Source of the DNA: the human T2T-CHM13v2.0 reference genome, Homo sapiens
Assembly: GCF_009914755.1 (NCBI RefSeq)
Contig: NC_060944.1
Length of the DNA stretch: 64,000 nucleotides
Strand: one strand, 5' to 3'
Positions 1-15,200 of the stretch are shown piece after piece (the stretch's first letter is position 1; each line of letters starts with the position of its first letter). A program made the position numbers and the translations under genes. Below the pieces are notes generated by a model. That model did not search any database, had not been told where the DNA came from, and saw nothing but the letters and a program-made list of their open reading frames with translations.

Positions 1-2591
1 CCCTGAGCTTCCCTGAAAGTCCCTAAAGACACAGCAGAGTACAGCAGAAACTGAGCACTTGGACCTTCCCTCTTGAGCCCCCTTCCCTGGGGTGGTGGGG
101 TGAGACAGCCCTACCACACTCCCCACACACACTTCAAACACCGACTCTCCCTGAATTATTCACCTGCCTCTCCCCAGGGCTGCTGCAGAGCGCCCAGCCC
201 AGGTGCTGAGGAGGAAAAAAGCAGAAAGGCCCATTAAATTTAAACACCGCTGAGGATTGTCAGATGTGAGGTTCTATTCCTGGCCTAGAGAAGAGCCGCC
301 AGTGGGAAGGGAAAGGGGATCTGCAAGGGGATGAGGACGAGGGACCCACCCCGGGCCGAGTGACCTGCTGAGCACCAGGAGGGCTGGGGCCAACATGCCA
401 GGGAACCCGGACCTTCCTTCACCTGAAGGTTCTCACCCATGAGGAAGTGGACTTTGCCGTACCATTTCATTCATGTTGTTCTGGCAAGAGAGGAGGACCC
501 ATCTAAGAATAGCTTCTCTGCAGCTACCTGAAAGCCCACCATTATGGCTTCAGCATGAGGAACAGGGCATTGCCTCTCCAGCTTCCTCTCCAGCTGTTTC
601 CTTCTTGCACCTTATATTCTGATAGTGCCAAACTCTTTTAGCTTTTATCCACTCTGAGCTTTTTTAATGTTGTCCCTGCCACCTGGAGCTCCCTCTCTTC
701 CTTTGTTTTGCTGGAAAACTCCTATTTATCTTTTGAAATCCAGCTTAAGTATTAATCCAGCAGGTGGCATGAAGCTGTCCCACCTCTGCACTCCACTGGA
801 CCTGGAACACATGTCCCTGTTTTCTTCCCTCCTCCTGCCCCTCATGGGTAGCACAGCCCTTGACTCTCATGCCTGATGGGGCCATCACAGATGACGACTT
901 CTTAGGAACAGGCAGTTGGATGCCACGGAGAAAGTGCTAGGTATCCTGAGAAGCCTAAGATCTTCCGGCTGTGGCTCCGACCTCAACTCTCTCTGTGTTT
1001 TGGGCAGGTCTCTAGTTCTTTCTTTTCTTGGCCTGGGTTTTCTATTGCATAAAATAAAGGAGGAGAGGTGGGGGAAGATTTCATGATGACCAAGAGCCCT
1101 TCCGGGGTCCAGGATTCTCTGCTCCACACGTAATTTTCCAAGCCCTGTCTTGCGTCTTCCCTGTGTGGATGCTGCCTGGCCTTTCTCTTGTTGACACCTG
1201 AAGCAGTGATGTGCTGGAACTGGTTTGTGCTGGCTTATCAAAGCCAGTTGTTAGAGTCTTTTTCCAGGAATTTTGCAAGCCAGGTTGGCAAGCCCTTGAA
1301 ATTGGCCAGGTTGAGAATATTTACACCACAAAAAAGAAATGATAAACAATACAAATCAGGGCTTGCTCCCTGCTTCCCCCAGAGCCAGCTCACCTCTGCC
1401 TGAAGGTCTCATTCCTACCTCCAGGCCTTCCACCTCCAGGCCTTTGCCCATGTGGTCTCTGGCTGAGCAGCCTCTGCTCCATCCCTTGCTGTCTGTTCTC
1501 TCTCACCAAGGCTTCAGACTTCAACTCATACCTCACCCACTCAGAGCTGAGTGCTTCTTCCTTCACCCGATAGTGCTCCTTACTGCCAGGAATGCTCATT
1601 TTTCGTGGAGAAAAATACACACTTTGGAGCAGACAGATCCAAGTGGAAATCCCGGTCCTGCTCTGTGCTCGCAAGGTTGTCTCCTTCTTGTCAGTGGCGC
1701 TCCTGCTCAGCTGTTACCTGTTTACAGAGAACATCCCTGACCACCCCACGGCAAATGGCACTTCACCCCTATTCCATCTTGCTGTGACATCACCCAATCT
1801 TTTCACCCTGCTTTAACTTCTGAGCTGTTACCCCTTCCTAACATTTACATTTATTTATTAACTCACCCAATGCCCATTTCTCTCTCTAGGATGTGAGTTC
1901 TGGGAGGGCAGAGATCTTTTCTGTCCTGATTGCTGCTACATCCTCATCTCCTAGAACCTTGCCTGGCACATAGTAGGTACTCAATCATTTCAGTGACTAA
2001 ATGAGTGTGACCTTGGGCAAGTCATGTCACCTGCCTGAATTTCAGTTGCCTCAACACCTCACCTGGCAGGATGTTTGGCAGGTGTATTCCTGGCCTGAGC
2101 TGCCTTAGAGAAAGGCCAAGGACTGGGATCCTAGTACCAGCCCTGCCACTAACTCGCTGTGTCACCTTGGGCAAGTCTCGCCTCCCCTGGCCTCAGTTTT
2201 GCCATCTCTCAGGGGTCAGATGAGATGACAAGCAGGAGTGAGGTGTCATTTCAATCTGTGGGTCCCATCTGCTGCTCCCTCCCACCCCCTCCCCACCTCA
2301 TTCATTCATTCAACAAATATTAATGAGCATCTACTATGTGGCAAGCACTGAGAATACAGGACCAAATGTGGGGATGACTCATGGGCTCCTACATCCCAGT
2401 TGGGGAGGAAAATAAACAAGATAAATTCACAGAATAAATAGAATGTCAGAGGGTGATGGTACCAAGGAAAAATTAAAAGCTGGAAAGGAGCACGGGGAGA
2501 GTTGAAGAGGGGGTGTCAGTTTTAGGAAGTGGCGGGGGAGTCAGGGAAATAACTCACTGGGAAGGGGAAACATAAAGAAAGATGCAAAGAA

Positions 2592-2870
2592 TGCCAGGTG
2601 TGGTGGCTCACACCTGTAATCCCAGCACTTTGGAAGGCCGAGGCAGGTGAGTCACATTGAGGTCAGGAGTTCGAGACCAGCTTGGCCAACATGGTGAAAC
2701 CCTGTCTCTATAAAAATACAAAATTAGCCAGGCATGGTGGCGTGTGCCTATAATCCCAGCTACTCGGGGCGCTGTGGCAGGAGAATCGCTTGAACCCAAG
2801 AGGCAGAGATTCCACCACTGTACTCCAGCCTGGGCGGCAGAGTGAGACTCTCATCTCAGAAAAAAAAAAA
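2592..2870 (+). mobile_element. Alu (AluS-like) inserted in an old L2 fragment
   Basis: GGTGGCTCACACCTGTAATCCCAGCACTTTGG, A-rich linker, poly-A tail. Confidence 0.93.
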
Positions 2871-4372
2871 GACATAAAGGAGGTGGCTCCCTAGGGTAGA
2901 GGGAATGGCAAGTGCAAAAGCTGGAAGCAGAATGGGCCTGGTGTGTCTGGAACCCAGTGGGCTGAGGCCACAGATGGGACAAGGCATCCTTCCCCTCCCT
3001 CCATCTCTCATTAGGATTAGGAAGATGGTCCCAAAGAGTGTGACACAGGAGTCTCAAAAGGAAGATGGAGGGACTCCCCTGTGCCTCCCTCCCTCCCTCG
3101 CCGCCTGGGCGTCTCCTGAGTGGGGAGCCCGGGCTCGCTGTGGGTGTCGGCAGCTTTTGGATCAGCAATTTATCTCCTGGTGCCTCGAGTTTCCTGGAGC
3201 TGGGCACTTCCTCCCCACTCAGCCCCGCTCCCTTGAGCGGCAAAGACAGGTGTGAGGAATTAGCTGTGGGGACTAATGCCGTGACAGGAACCGGCACAAA
3301 AGAAGGGGACAGAGTGTAATGTTTATTACGTTTGAAGCAAAGCAAACATGCGGCCTATTTATGTATCTATAGAGAATTAATTGGCGAGCGGCAGCAAGAA
3401 GCAGATTATAAATTAGAATCATTTTCGCCAACTGAAACCCATTCATCTTGCTTCAGAACGGGCCTGTCACCTCCTCCTGACTAATTCCTTTTAAATTTGC
3501 TGCTTTTTCTCACCGGCCCCCCGCAGCTCTCACCTCGCGACCTGAACCCCACGAGGGGTGCCTCCGGGAAGGGCCATGGCCAAGCTCTGTGCTTTTCTGA
3601 GCCCACTCTCTTCCTCCTCCAGCCTCCTGGAACTCCCCCCGTGCCCCACAGCTGGTCCTGGGCCTGAGCCCATGCCTTGCACTGCTGTCTCTCCTTCCCC
3701 TCTGCTCTGGAACCTCCCTCAGCCCCTCTCTGGCTCTGGCCTGTCCCCTGAGAATCCGGCAGGTTGGGCCCCCCACCAGCCTCACCTTGCAGAGGCTCAG
3801 GCCAGGCTGGTGGTTAAGGGAAAAGGGCACATGGGGCTGCCATCCGGGGGGACCCTGGGGCACTGGCCACTGCCGCCTGCTTTTGATTCTGGGCTCCACG
3901 GGAATCAAAGGGAAGCCACGCTGCTGGGTCCCTGGCAGGTCTGGCTCTGGCTTCTCTCACCTGGAGCCTGTGGAGATGAAAGGCCAGGGCAGGTGCCAGA
4001 GGCTGCCATGCCCAAGAGCGGTGCTGTGCCTGCCCTGGGCTGTGGCCCAATTAACCCTTCCCTTCCTTCTGTCTGAGCTGCCGTTGGTCCTTTGAGTCTG
4101 GCAACTGCAGGGAAACCTTTGTGGAGAAGAGAAAGTAGCCAGAATGTGAGTGCCTGGGACTGGGACAAGGTAGCTAAACATCAGAAGCCTAATGGTTCAA
4201 GGTGCAGGCCCTGGAGTGAGCCCAGCCTAGGTTTGAATTCAGGTAGCACCTCCCCACTAGGGTGGCACCTCTCTGAGCCTCAGTTTCTTTGACTGTAAAA
4301 TGGAGCAGGTGGTAGTAGTGCCTATGACCTGAAGCAATATTCAGCCGGGCTTGTTAAAATATTGCAGTATGG

Positions 4373-4849
<477 letters not shown>

Positions 4850-7800
4850 TTAAATATTTTGTTTATCTGCCCTGCTTGCATCCCACAGATGTCATGAAGA
4901 TTAAACAAGATAAGAGTATGGTGCTTGGCATCCAGTAGGTGCTTAACAGAGGTAGGTATCGTTGGCGCCATTATTAATTTGGACCAAGTCTCTAAGCCTG
5001 GAATCCTGGCATTCCAGGTCCCCACTTTTCCCCACCTCCCCACCTTTTAAAAACATTCACCAATAACTTCCAGCCTCCCCCATGAATGCGCTGTTCCCAC
5101 CCCAGCTGTTGGGCCTGAGACTCTCTCTGTGCTGAGCTCCTGGAATGTGCCAGAGCACGGACCTCCTGCGTTGGGAAACCTTCTTCTTTGGGGATGTTGA
5201 GTCTCAGAGGCAGACCTGGAGTCCTTAAGGGGAGCACCTCAGCTAACTGACCTCTGTGCTCCCTTCTCCCCAGATTGGCCACAGCCTAGGGGTGTCCAAA
5301 AGTCCCAAGACTGAGACAGAGAGACAGATTGGCCCAGTACTGCAGGCAGCATTCAGGCAGTTGTCAAGGGCCTATGGAAAAGTTCAAGATGTGAAAAGGA
5401 AAAAAGAAAAGATAAGCTCCAAAATACAAAAAGAAAACTGCAAAATCAAAATTAGTAAGTGTTTAATTAAATGTCTACAAAATCTAGCATTGTGCCAACT
5501 AGTCAGTGCCAATTCTGTTCACCCCTCCTCTACTCATGCATAGGAGAGGTCTGAAGTGGGAGTCGGTGCATTTTATGCATGTGCTGTGGTGTGGCACGGG
5601 GACCTTCAAAGCAGGAGTGTGCTGGGGTTCAATCTCTTGGGTCACAGCTCTGTTCCTTGCTCACTGGGTGACCTTGGGCGAGTCACCTCCGCTCTCTGGG
5701 CCTGTTTCTTCTTTCTTCCTCTGTCAAATGAGGAGAACCACTTCCCAGCTCCCAGAGTGGCTAAGAGGCTATGGAAGCATGTTTCAGGAAAGTCTGGCAA
5801 GTGCTGATCTCGTGTTGTGGGAATCCAGCAAGGGGAGGGGGCTTGCCAAGACCTGCTGAAGAAGACTTGAACCTCAACCTCTGAGCTCCTCTCTGCCTTG
5901 TTCCCCTGCACAGGGCATGGACAAGGACGATATTCGAATGTGTAACAGTTAATAATGGCCATTGGAGCAAGACCCTGGAGGCCCTGCTGGGCCACTTGTA
6001 ACCCATTAGTTGCTGGATCCTGGGAAGAGTCAGGTGTTCTGGGGCAGAGCTGGGTGTCAAGGAGGTGGGCTGAGCCCTTGGGAAACTCTACACAGGCAAC
6101 CACCTATTTGCCCATCAGAATGGAAAGATGTCAGCATTTGAACACCTGGCACAGCCCTAGTGACGTGTGCTGGCTCCACCTAGCCTGTCATGGGTCATCC
6201 TCCAAGATGGGCCAGGACACTTTTGTGAGTGACGTGGCATTTAGAGATCATTATTTATATGCTGACCCTATGTCCCAGAGATTCTGCTCCTGGGTGTAAA
6301 TTTCAGTGAAATTCTCAGCATGACTGGGAGGAACAAGTCTGAGGATTCTTGTGCCCATGCTGTGTTGAGGGGAGTTGGAGGCAACCCACCTCTCCTCCCT
6401 GGGGGAGCGGACAGGAAGACATGGGAGACACACCCTGCAGAGGTCCTGGCAACTGTTAGACAAGTGTAGAGATGGCCATGGACGGATCTTTAAAACATGA
6501 GATGAAAGGAGCGAGGAACCAACTGGGATCTATGGCATAATACCATCTATTTGAATTAAATGTGCATTCAGATGGTGCTTATATGAATTTATATGTGTGT
6601 TGAAATTTATAGAACTATGCGCCCAAAGAAAGTCAATGTTACTTTGTGATAATTGAAATAAAATAAAACAATATAAAATAAGACAAGTGACCACTTTCAG
6701 AGGGCTCATAGTCTAGGAGGGGAGATACATACGAAAAATTGCATTTATACAAAATCATGCTCATTTGCAAGAACACATATAAAACAAAGGATCTCTTGTG
6801 ATCTTGCTCCATTATCTTGCTCCAGGAGCTCCCAGGTTAATGCAGAAGACAGACAGAAAAATCCTTACTCCAGTATCATCAGGGCTGTGCATACATATGA
6901 GGCACTCTGGGACCACAGAGGAAGGAACAATTTATTCTGTCTAGGGGAACCCCAGAAAGCTGCCCCTGAAAACAATGATATGTAATTTGAGTCCTCAATG
7001 CTGTCTACGAAGAGTTCATGGCATAATATGATCTCCCTACCAGAGAACAGGCAACACTTAATCCAAGGGAATGAAATTGAAATAGTGGGTTTTAGTTGCC
7101 ATGGGAGAAGATGTAGTTGGCCAGGGGTCCTTTCAGGCTGGGGACACTCCTTGCCTTATCAGCTTCTGGTGTCTGGGCCCCCTGCAACTCAAGCTGGGAT
7201 TGAATAGGCAGGCTGTGTCCCCATCCCGAGAGGCCTAGCGTGGTTCCCTGAGTCGGAGAAGAAAGGTGGCCCTCCTTGCATCTGCCTGGGAGGCTGCTGT
7301 GGCCTTCCTGGACTCCTCCATCCTGCTTCCACCTTCAATCCATCACCGTTTGCTTGCTCCCCTTCCATCCCAGTAGCACATGGCCCAAGCACAATCCCTG
7401 GCCAGCCCTTTCCTGCTTTATCACCAGTCTCCCTTGTCTCTCTCTCACACAATTCCCTTTATCCTGTAGTCCAGAGAGAGCATCCTGAAGTCAGGTCTTC
7501 TCTGGGGCTCTCCATGTACAGATCTTCATGGCCCTCAGTGCAGTTCCATCCCCTCTCCTGGGCTCCCCAGCATGATATCTCCCTGTTCTCACTGCACTCC
7601 TTACCCTCAGATATCGCTAGACCACCTGAGTGCTGCCCTGCTTTGCTCACAGTGCCCCATCTTTTGGAATTCCTTTCTACTTTCCCTCCTACTTCCCCCA
7701 GCTAACTCCTATGCACCCCTCAAGACCCAGACCTCACCCCCTCCTGGAAGCCTCACTCATCACCCAGGACTACAACCCCCAAACCTCTCCTATTGCAGAC

Positions 7801-10800
7801 TAGAGCACACTGAATTGAAACCGTCTTCTTACTTCTCTGTTAAAGGGCTTGGGTTCAAAGAGCTGGCTTTAGATCCAGGTGCCTGAATTCACATACTGAT
7901 TCTGCTGTACTGCACTCTTGGACCAGTTATTTGACCTTTCTGGGCCTTCTATTTCTCATCTGTACAATGGAAATAGAAAGAGTACCTATCAGAAAAATAA
8001 AAACAAACAAAAACGCTCCAAACCACTCAAATACCCACCTCATGGGGATTTGGGGAGGAATAAATGAAGCAGTGGGCATGAGTTCTTGGCTCAGTGCCCA
8101 GCACATAGTAAGTGATCAATAAATGTTGGCCATTATTGTCTGTCTCCCTCCACCAAGCCAGGAGTTCCTGGAGATCAAGGCAGAATCTGATCTGCGTTTG
8201 GGGGCCCAGCACCTCCCCAGGGTCTACTTGTTGAACAGTTATCTGCCAGACATTCCATTACTGTGTACTAAGAGATTCCACATAGGTGCCCACCATTAGC
8301 ATATTTGAGCCATGGGTCTTAGAACTGGCACTCAGATTGGAGTTGTTCCATGCTTTTGATCTGGGGCCTGGCAGTGTCTATGATGGGAGTGAAGGGGCCA
8401 CCGCTAGCCAGATCTCTTTCCCTGGCCTCCACTCACCTGCCCCCTGGCCGGGTTCCAGCCTCCCACTCAAGCCATCCTCTCTGGGTGATGTAGCATGTGA
8501 GGCAGAGGACAGGGTCCGGAGTAGGAGCCATCACCAGCCAGACTGCCCTTGGTCTTGCCAGAGGCCTCCTTGGTGCCCGCCTGCCTGGCTCCTGCCTGGC
8601 TCCCAGCTCAGTTGCAACCTTTCCCAACTAGGCTTTCCTGCCTGGGTGGCCCTTGGCCTCATTAACAAGGAAGTGTTCCTTGGCAGCATTACTAATTAGC
8701 AGCAAAAGACGATTAGTGTCATTAACAGACTCAAAACATTTGTATTATTAGCTCCTTGGTGGTTTGGGGTTGCCTGGACCTAGGTAGGGATGGGAGCCTC
8801 CCGGGTGGAGAGTGGACTTGAGAGGGAGCTGGCAGGAGAGGCAGTGAGACAGAGGTGGCGGGGAGGGAGCTGGTGAGAAAAAAAAACCACGAAATTTAAA
8901 GTGAATGAATTATTTACTGCAGGAAACAATCCCGGACTCACTCACTCTGACTCAGAACATCCCAAACTGTAATCTGCGGCATTTTTCACATCTCCCTAGT
9001 GTGCGGAGTGATTTTCTTTACAATTGGATACCAGAGGCCGGGGGAATCTTGTAAGAGATTGGCTTAGTATTGATCATGTGTGTCTTCCTGGGTCCCTGGC
9101 TCCCACCCACCCTCGAGGCTGGCATCTCCAGCTTGGACAACACCCTAAGGCTGGCTGGGGCCAGAGTCAGCCCCAAGTGGGAGCTGATGAGGGGGCCATG
9201 ACCCTGGTGAGCATTTGGAGCCACGAGAATAGGCCCCTTGCCCTAAAATGAGCTGAATGTCCCTGTTTCGGAGTCACCTCACCCCAGCATGGTCACTGAA
9301 GGAGCCCCTGCCATGTTGCCATATGTTTCAGATGCATTATGTCATTATCCCTTCCAAGAGTCCTAGGCTAGATATTATTAATCCCATTTTTCAGATAACA
9401 ATAAGAGCTACTCTTTATCGACCTCTGCCTAGGTCCTAGGCACCGTGCTAATATCTTTCATTTATTATCTAATTGTTTCCTTAAAACAGCCCTGGTTATG
9501 GAGAGACTCAGAGAGGTGACGTGGCTTGCCTAGAGTCACACAGCAAGTGGCAGAATTGGCCCCAAATCCTGGTCTCCCCCTTGCCGTCACGGGGCACACA
9601 CCGACCCCTCTACCCCGGGCAGCAATGGAAGGAGGGTCAAAAGATAAGGGACATAAAACCCAGGGTAAGGAAAGACAGCAGGTGTTCCCTGCTACTCGGG
9701 TGCCCCTCCCAGTGACTCCCTGACAGGGCCATGCTTCACCTGGAAGGACGTGTCTCCAACAGCGAGCATCAGGTGGCGTGGAGCACGTGGAGCACAGCAT
9801 TGCTCACTCATGGCCAGAGGCTGTCTTCAGAGCAGAGATGAGGAGTCTGGCTGGCTGGGAGGACCAGAAGGACCCTGCTGGGCTGACAAGTTTCGCCTGC
9901 TGCAAGGTGCCTCTGGCCCTGAGGGTGGGGGGTCTCCATGGAGTCAAGGAGGAGAGAGGCGGCGCTGAGTGCAAGGAGGCAGAGAAAGCTTCCCAGCAAC
10001 GGCAAAATCCAGGCTCTGGATCTGCCTCTGGCCTCTCTGCTTCCCTTCTAAGGAGGAAGGGAAGGAACCTGAGTCCCAGGCTCTGGTCCTGACAGGGCTG
10101 GGCAACTTTAAGTGGGTGCCCGCTCTTCTCTGGGCTTCTGACTTTTCATCTGTAAGGTGAAATCTTTGTTGCTTAAAAGGGCTCCTTACTTGAGTTCCAG
10201 TCAATGAGGTCAGCCGTTGCCCTAGGTGTAAAGGTGGGGACAGGGTAGTAGGTGCCAAATCTCCTCCCACCACTGCCTACACCCCCACCCCCCACCCTGG
10301 AATGCTAGCCTGTCGGTGTGGCAGTGACCTCCAATATCGGTGGTGCCAACCTACCCATTTTATAGATGGGGAAACTGATTTATAGAGATGGGAGTGGAGG
10401 TCACATAAGGGATCCGAGCCTATGCATTCTGACCCTTGGCCAAACTCCTCTTTAGTCAGCCTTACCCAGGCTGCAGGGGCAATTTGGCTCTAAGGCCACT
10501 TTGTTTGGGACTGAGGGACCACAGGCACAGGACAGGCAGAGGGAGCAAGAAGTGGATCCCACAACAGGCTTGTGGCTCTGGCATTCGGCCACTTTTCTCT
10601 GTCATCGTAACTGTAAATAAGGCATCTGGGAGTCCTCCCAGCACTTTAACAGATTTAACAAGCAGTAGCATGCGACCCGCAGTCCAAATGGATTTTTTAA
10701 TAATGAATAAGCATTTATTTAACAAGTAATAACAGTTTTACCACCCTCCGGATCCTCGGAAGTCCAGAGGTCTTGCATTAACGCCTTACACAGGCATCTT

Positions 10801-11769
10801 CTGCTGCTATCTTTTGTCCATTTTTCTGGTTGTTTTTCTCTTATTGATTGGCAAAAGCTCTTTGTATATTAAGGGTATTAACCCTTTACCTGTGATATGC
10901 AAATATTTTAAGTCTGTATAATTATTAAGTTTTCCTTAGGGCATATAGAAGTTTAAATGTTTTATGTTGCAAGGTGTTTTTTTGTTTGTTTGTTTTTTGT
11001 TTTAATTTAGAGACTTCTGAGTTTTCAGAATTGCTTGTGAGCCTGAGGAATCCTGTGGCTCTGTTGCAGAAATCCTCAGCTGAGTTCAAACACAAGAGCC
11101 CTGGCCATGGAGTACAACTGTGGGTGAATGCCTCTCTTGAGACCTCGGTGGCCTCCATATAATAATGTGTTGAAATAGACAACCTCTCAGCTGCCCCCTG
11201 CAGGAATGTCCCATGATTGTAAGATGGGATTTTGCAGGGAAGAGGCTGCAGTGCACTCTGAGAGAGGTCCCAGCCATACAGTCTTTCACAGGTCTATCTC
11301 CCCCACCACTTCCAGCCCCTTTGAGAACAGGAACTGCGTCTTTTCATTGCGCTGTCCTTAGCACCTTGCAGAAGGCTGCCTGCCTCATAGTATGCCCTCA
11401 GGAGAAATTTACCCATCTGCACTGCTGATTGTACCTGGAAGTGAGCCCTGGCTCCATTTCATGCCCCTGTCTAGAGGTGGTAGAATGGAGTGGATAAGAC
11501 AGTGTGCTCCCTGGGTTTGGATATTGACTTTTGTTTGCTGGCTGTGTGGCCTTGGGTAAGTCGCTTCACCTCTCTGAGCATGTTTCTTCATCTGTAAAAC
11601 TGGGGCAAGTCCTCCCAGAGCTGTCTGGCAGCATGAATGAAAAACTGATCTAGCAGCCAAAACACATGATTCCTGCCATGTCGTGGGCAATCAATACACG
11701 TCAGGCCTCTTGTATCTCCACTGCTGAGTGGAGTGCATTCCATCTTGAGATGCTAAAAAATCTTCAGTG

Positions 11770-12250
11770 TTCCCACAGTTTGGGTTCCAGAGTAGACCCT
11801 GAGAAATGGATTCAAGGGCAAGTAATTTATTTGGGAAATGATCCCAGGAAGCACCAGTAGGACAGTGGGAAAGTGATACAGGAAAGGCAGGCAACCAATA
11901 CCGGGTGCTTTATCAAGCCTGTTACTACTGTGGGCAACTGGAGCTCAACTCTGCTGGGGAATTCTGGGAGGGAGAATAGGACTCACATCACAGAGCAATC
12001 CACTCCCATTCCCCAGCAAAGGGTGAGGGAGGAGCTGGGGTACTTATACTCTGGCTTCAAATAGTCATCAGTTAAGAGCTGGACATTAATTTCCTGACTC
12101 TTTCAGTCTGCCCACTGGGAAGCAAAGTGGCTCTGGAGGCCTGAGAAAGGAACTCAACCAGGCATGCCCTGAAAGGCTAAAGATGAGGTCCTGACACCTT
12201 TTTGGAAGGGCAGGTGAAGCAGACATCTCAAGTAGGATGGCCCCAAAAGA
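11770..12250. mobile_element. ERVL-class solo LTR (LTR33-like)
   Basis: AGACCCTGAGA...GGATTCAAG.GCAAGTA.TTTATTTGGGA..TGATCCCAGGAAGCACCAGTAGG resembles the LTR33 consensus as I recall it. Confidence 0.65.
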
Positions 12251-15200
12251 TTTAAAGGTAGGATTCGGTGGCAGAAGGGGAGTTAATGGGGCCTGATTCT
12301 TTGTTGCTCTCCACTCTGATTGCCACCTGAAATTGATAGCTGGTACCAAAGGGCAGTAGTGTCACCTTTCAATAAGATGAAATCTATGTCTCCAGCGGAT
12401 GGAGACGACAGGAAGATTTATCAAGGCCCTGGCAAAATTAACATTTGGACGGGGGACACGGCAAGAACAGCCTCCAGAGGGGGTCTCTTTGCATTTATTC
12501 TGGCTGGTTCCTGCCAGCGGCTGGACTGGAAAGAGCTGCAGGGGTCAGCCATCCAGCTGGCCTCTCAGGGAGGGACGCCTGGACAGACAGATGCAGACAC
12601 CCAGGGCAAAAGGAGACTGGAAGGAGAACTGTCATCTTTGCTGAGCAGGGAGGCCACCAGGGCACTTGGAGCTGAGTCCTTGCCCTGCCACTCACTTGTT
12701 GAAACCCTTTGCCTCAGTTTCCCCATTTGAAAGACAAGGGTATTGTGCTCAATGCTTCTAGCTCTGGCAATCTCTGAGACCATGACACAGAACAAAGCTC
12801 TGCCCGGGTGCTATCCCAGCAGTCTTGGGAGGTGAGCATGAATACATCCACAGAATGATGGCTAGCCTGGGTTGAGTACCTATTACGTGTCAGGCACTGT
12901 GATAAGTGCTTTACTTGTACTTCCTGTAATACTTACAATAGCCCCATAAGGTAGGCACGGTGGTTTCTGCATTTTGCCTTTGAGCTCAGAGAAGCCAAGT
13001 GACTCACCCAGGACTACACAGTGAGTTTGGGGCCAGGTAGACATCGAAACCCAGGTCTACCGGTTCCCAGTGCAGGGCTCCTTCCACTGTAGTCATCCTG
13101 GGTTCCAGTTCCAGGCCCTCTGATACTGAACTTCCAAAGGAGTCTCAACTTCTCTCTTGCACAGGAGGATGTATCCAGAGCTCAGGTTCTGGATCAAGAT
13201 AAACCTGGGTTTGAATCTCAGCTCAATCAGGTCCTTGCCGTGTGGCCTGGCCTGAAACATTCCACGGGAGCCTCTGTTTCTTTGTAAAATGGGCATTGGA
13301 GCCATGTCTATCATGAAGATGACATGAGGCAACATGCGTAAAGGGCCGGTCTCTAGGGTCACTGGGAAACAGGCTTCCATGTACGGCCTCCTCCCCTCTC
13401 CATTATTCCACTGTGGACTTGCAGAGCTGTGTGGTTTGCATCTGGGGCACATGTGGGAATTAATTTGTGCTAAGGAGGTGAGGTCCTCCCTCCAGGTGAG
13501 CAGTGTGGGACAAGGGACCCCAGCAGGCCTGGAGGATGCTGGGACAGAGGCCTCCGCTCAGAGAAGGAGAAAGGCAGGGCCGATGGAGGAAAGGCAGGTG
13601 TTGGGAGCAAGTTCCCCTGCCCCACCTCAGACACTTGCACTGAATGCGCCCTCTGAAGCCCCAGCCTTCTACCCTGGAAACGCCCTGGGCCCTGGGGTGG
13701 AGGAGAAGGAAGGGAGCCCTTGGTGGGAGCTACAGAAAATTAAAGCTAAAAATATGTCTGGGTCAGACCTCAGTTTCCCCATCGGTGAAATGGGTGCAGG
13801 CAGTAACACCCCCACCTTAGGCCTATTTGAGCGTAACGGGGTTTTTAAAGTTGGGATTCTAGGCCCCTCACAAACCTGAAAGACATTCACTGTGGGTGCT
13901 GTCTGGACTCTGAGCAACTTACTTAACCCCTCCATGCCTCAGTTTACTCGTCTGTGCAATGAACGTAATCATACTTAATGCACTGGGCTGTTGTTAGGAT
14001 GAGGGGGTGAGGAGTGCTGTCCTGAATAGCACTAAGAACAGTGTCTATGTCTAGGAAATGCTATGCAAATCATGGTTGTTGTTTTTATTACTAATATTAT
14101 TAATATCATTATCATCATCTCAGGTGAGGGAATGCGGGGCCTGGAGAGGGGCAGAGGCTTGGGAAGGCCACATGATGGTCAGGACTGTAGCCTAGGAGTC
14201 TGGCCTTGGACCACAGCCTCAGCCCAAGTCCTCAAACATCCCCTCCCCCATCAAGGCTGCCACATCCCCCTCCCTCACCAGGGAGTGAGAGGAGGCCCAA
14301 ATCCAATTAGCCTGGGAGCCAACTGCAGAGCATCGCCCCTTTAATATCGCAGGAGAAGCTGCAGAGATAAATGAGAAATTAGAATTCCGCTGGGGTCCCT
14401 GAGACCCGCCTGCCGGCCCGCCCTGGGCTGGGGCTGCGGCAATTCTCCTAGGGACCCAAGGAGCTGTCTGAGCCCCAGTGGAGGAGGTGCCCCTGAGGGG
14501 CCCTGGGCCAGTGCCTGGGTTTCTCCTTAGGCCTGCCAGCCGCTCCTACTCCCAGCCTCCCATTGCCCACCCACCTTCCCCGCTGCCGCCATCCCACTCC
14601 CCTCCCCGTCAACCATAGAATTCACCTTTCCTCTCGAGAGACCCATTCCTCTCCTCCTTCCACAGCCCCTCCCTCCCAGTATCCGAGGGCATCAGGGCAA
14701 GGTCTAACCCCATTCTTGGCACGCCCCCGCTTCCCCTTCCCAATCCCCTCCTCTCAGTCCTAACAAAACCCAGGATCCTTCCCTCCTTGGGCTAGGACTG
14801 ACTCTGCAGCTGAGGCCTCTCTTGGGCCTGGGGGATTCTGGGGAGGACATCACTAGTCCCCCTCAAGGAAGAGGAGGTTCAGGGTCTGTAACAGGAGCTC
14901 CTCCTGAGCGTTCCAGAGTAGGTGTGCAAATGAGGCATCTGCAGCCCCCTCCTCTAGAGGGTAATGGGCTGTCATACAAAGCCCGCAGGTCACCACCACA
15001 GCCCTGCTGTGGCCTTCCATAGCTCCCTGTCTTGCACAAGACTCAGTTTCCCCTTATGTACAATGGAGAGGGGCTGACATAGGTGCAGGCCTAAGATCTT
15101 GGCTTGGACACTTGGCCCAACCCTGGGAAGCAGGCAGGCCCCCCTATCATCAACCCAGCCCACCCACCTGCCTCCCTCCCTCGGGGGACATATTTGCTGC

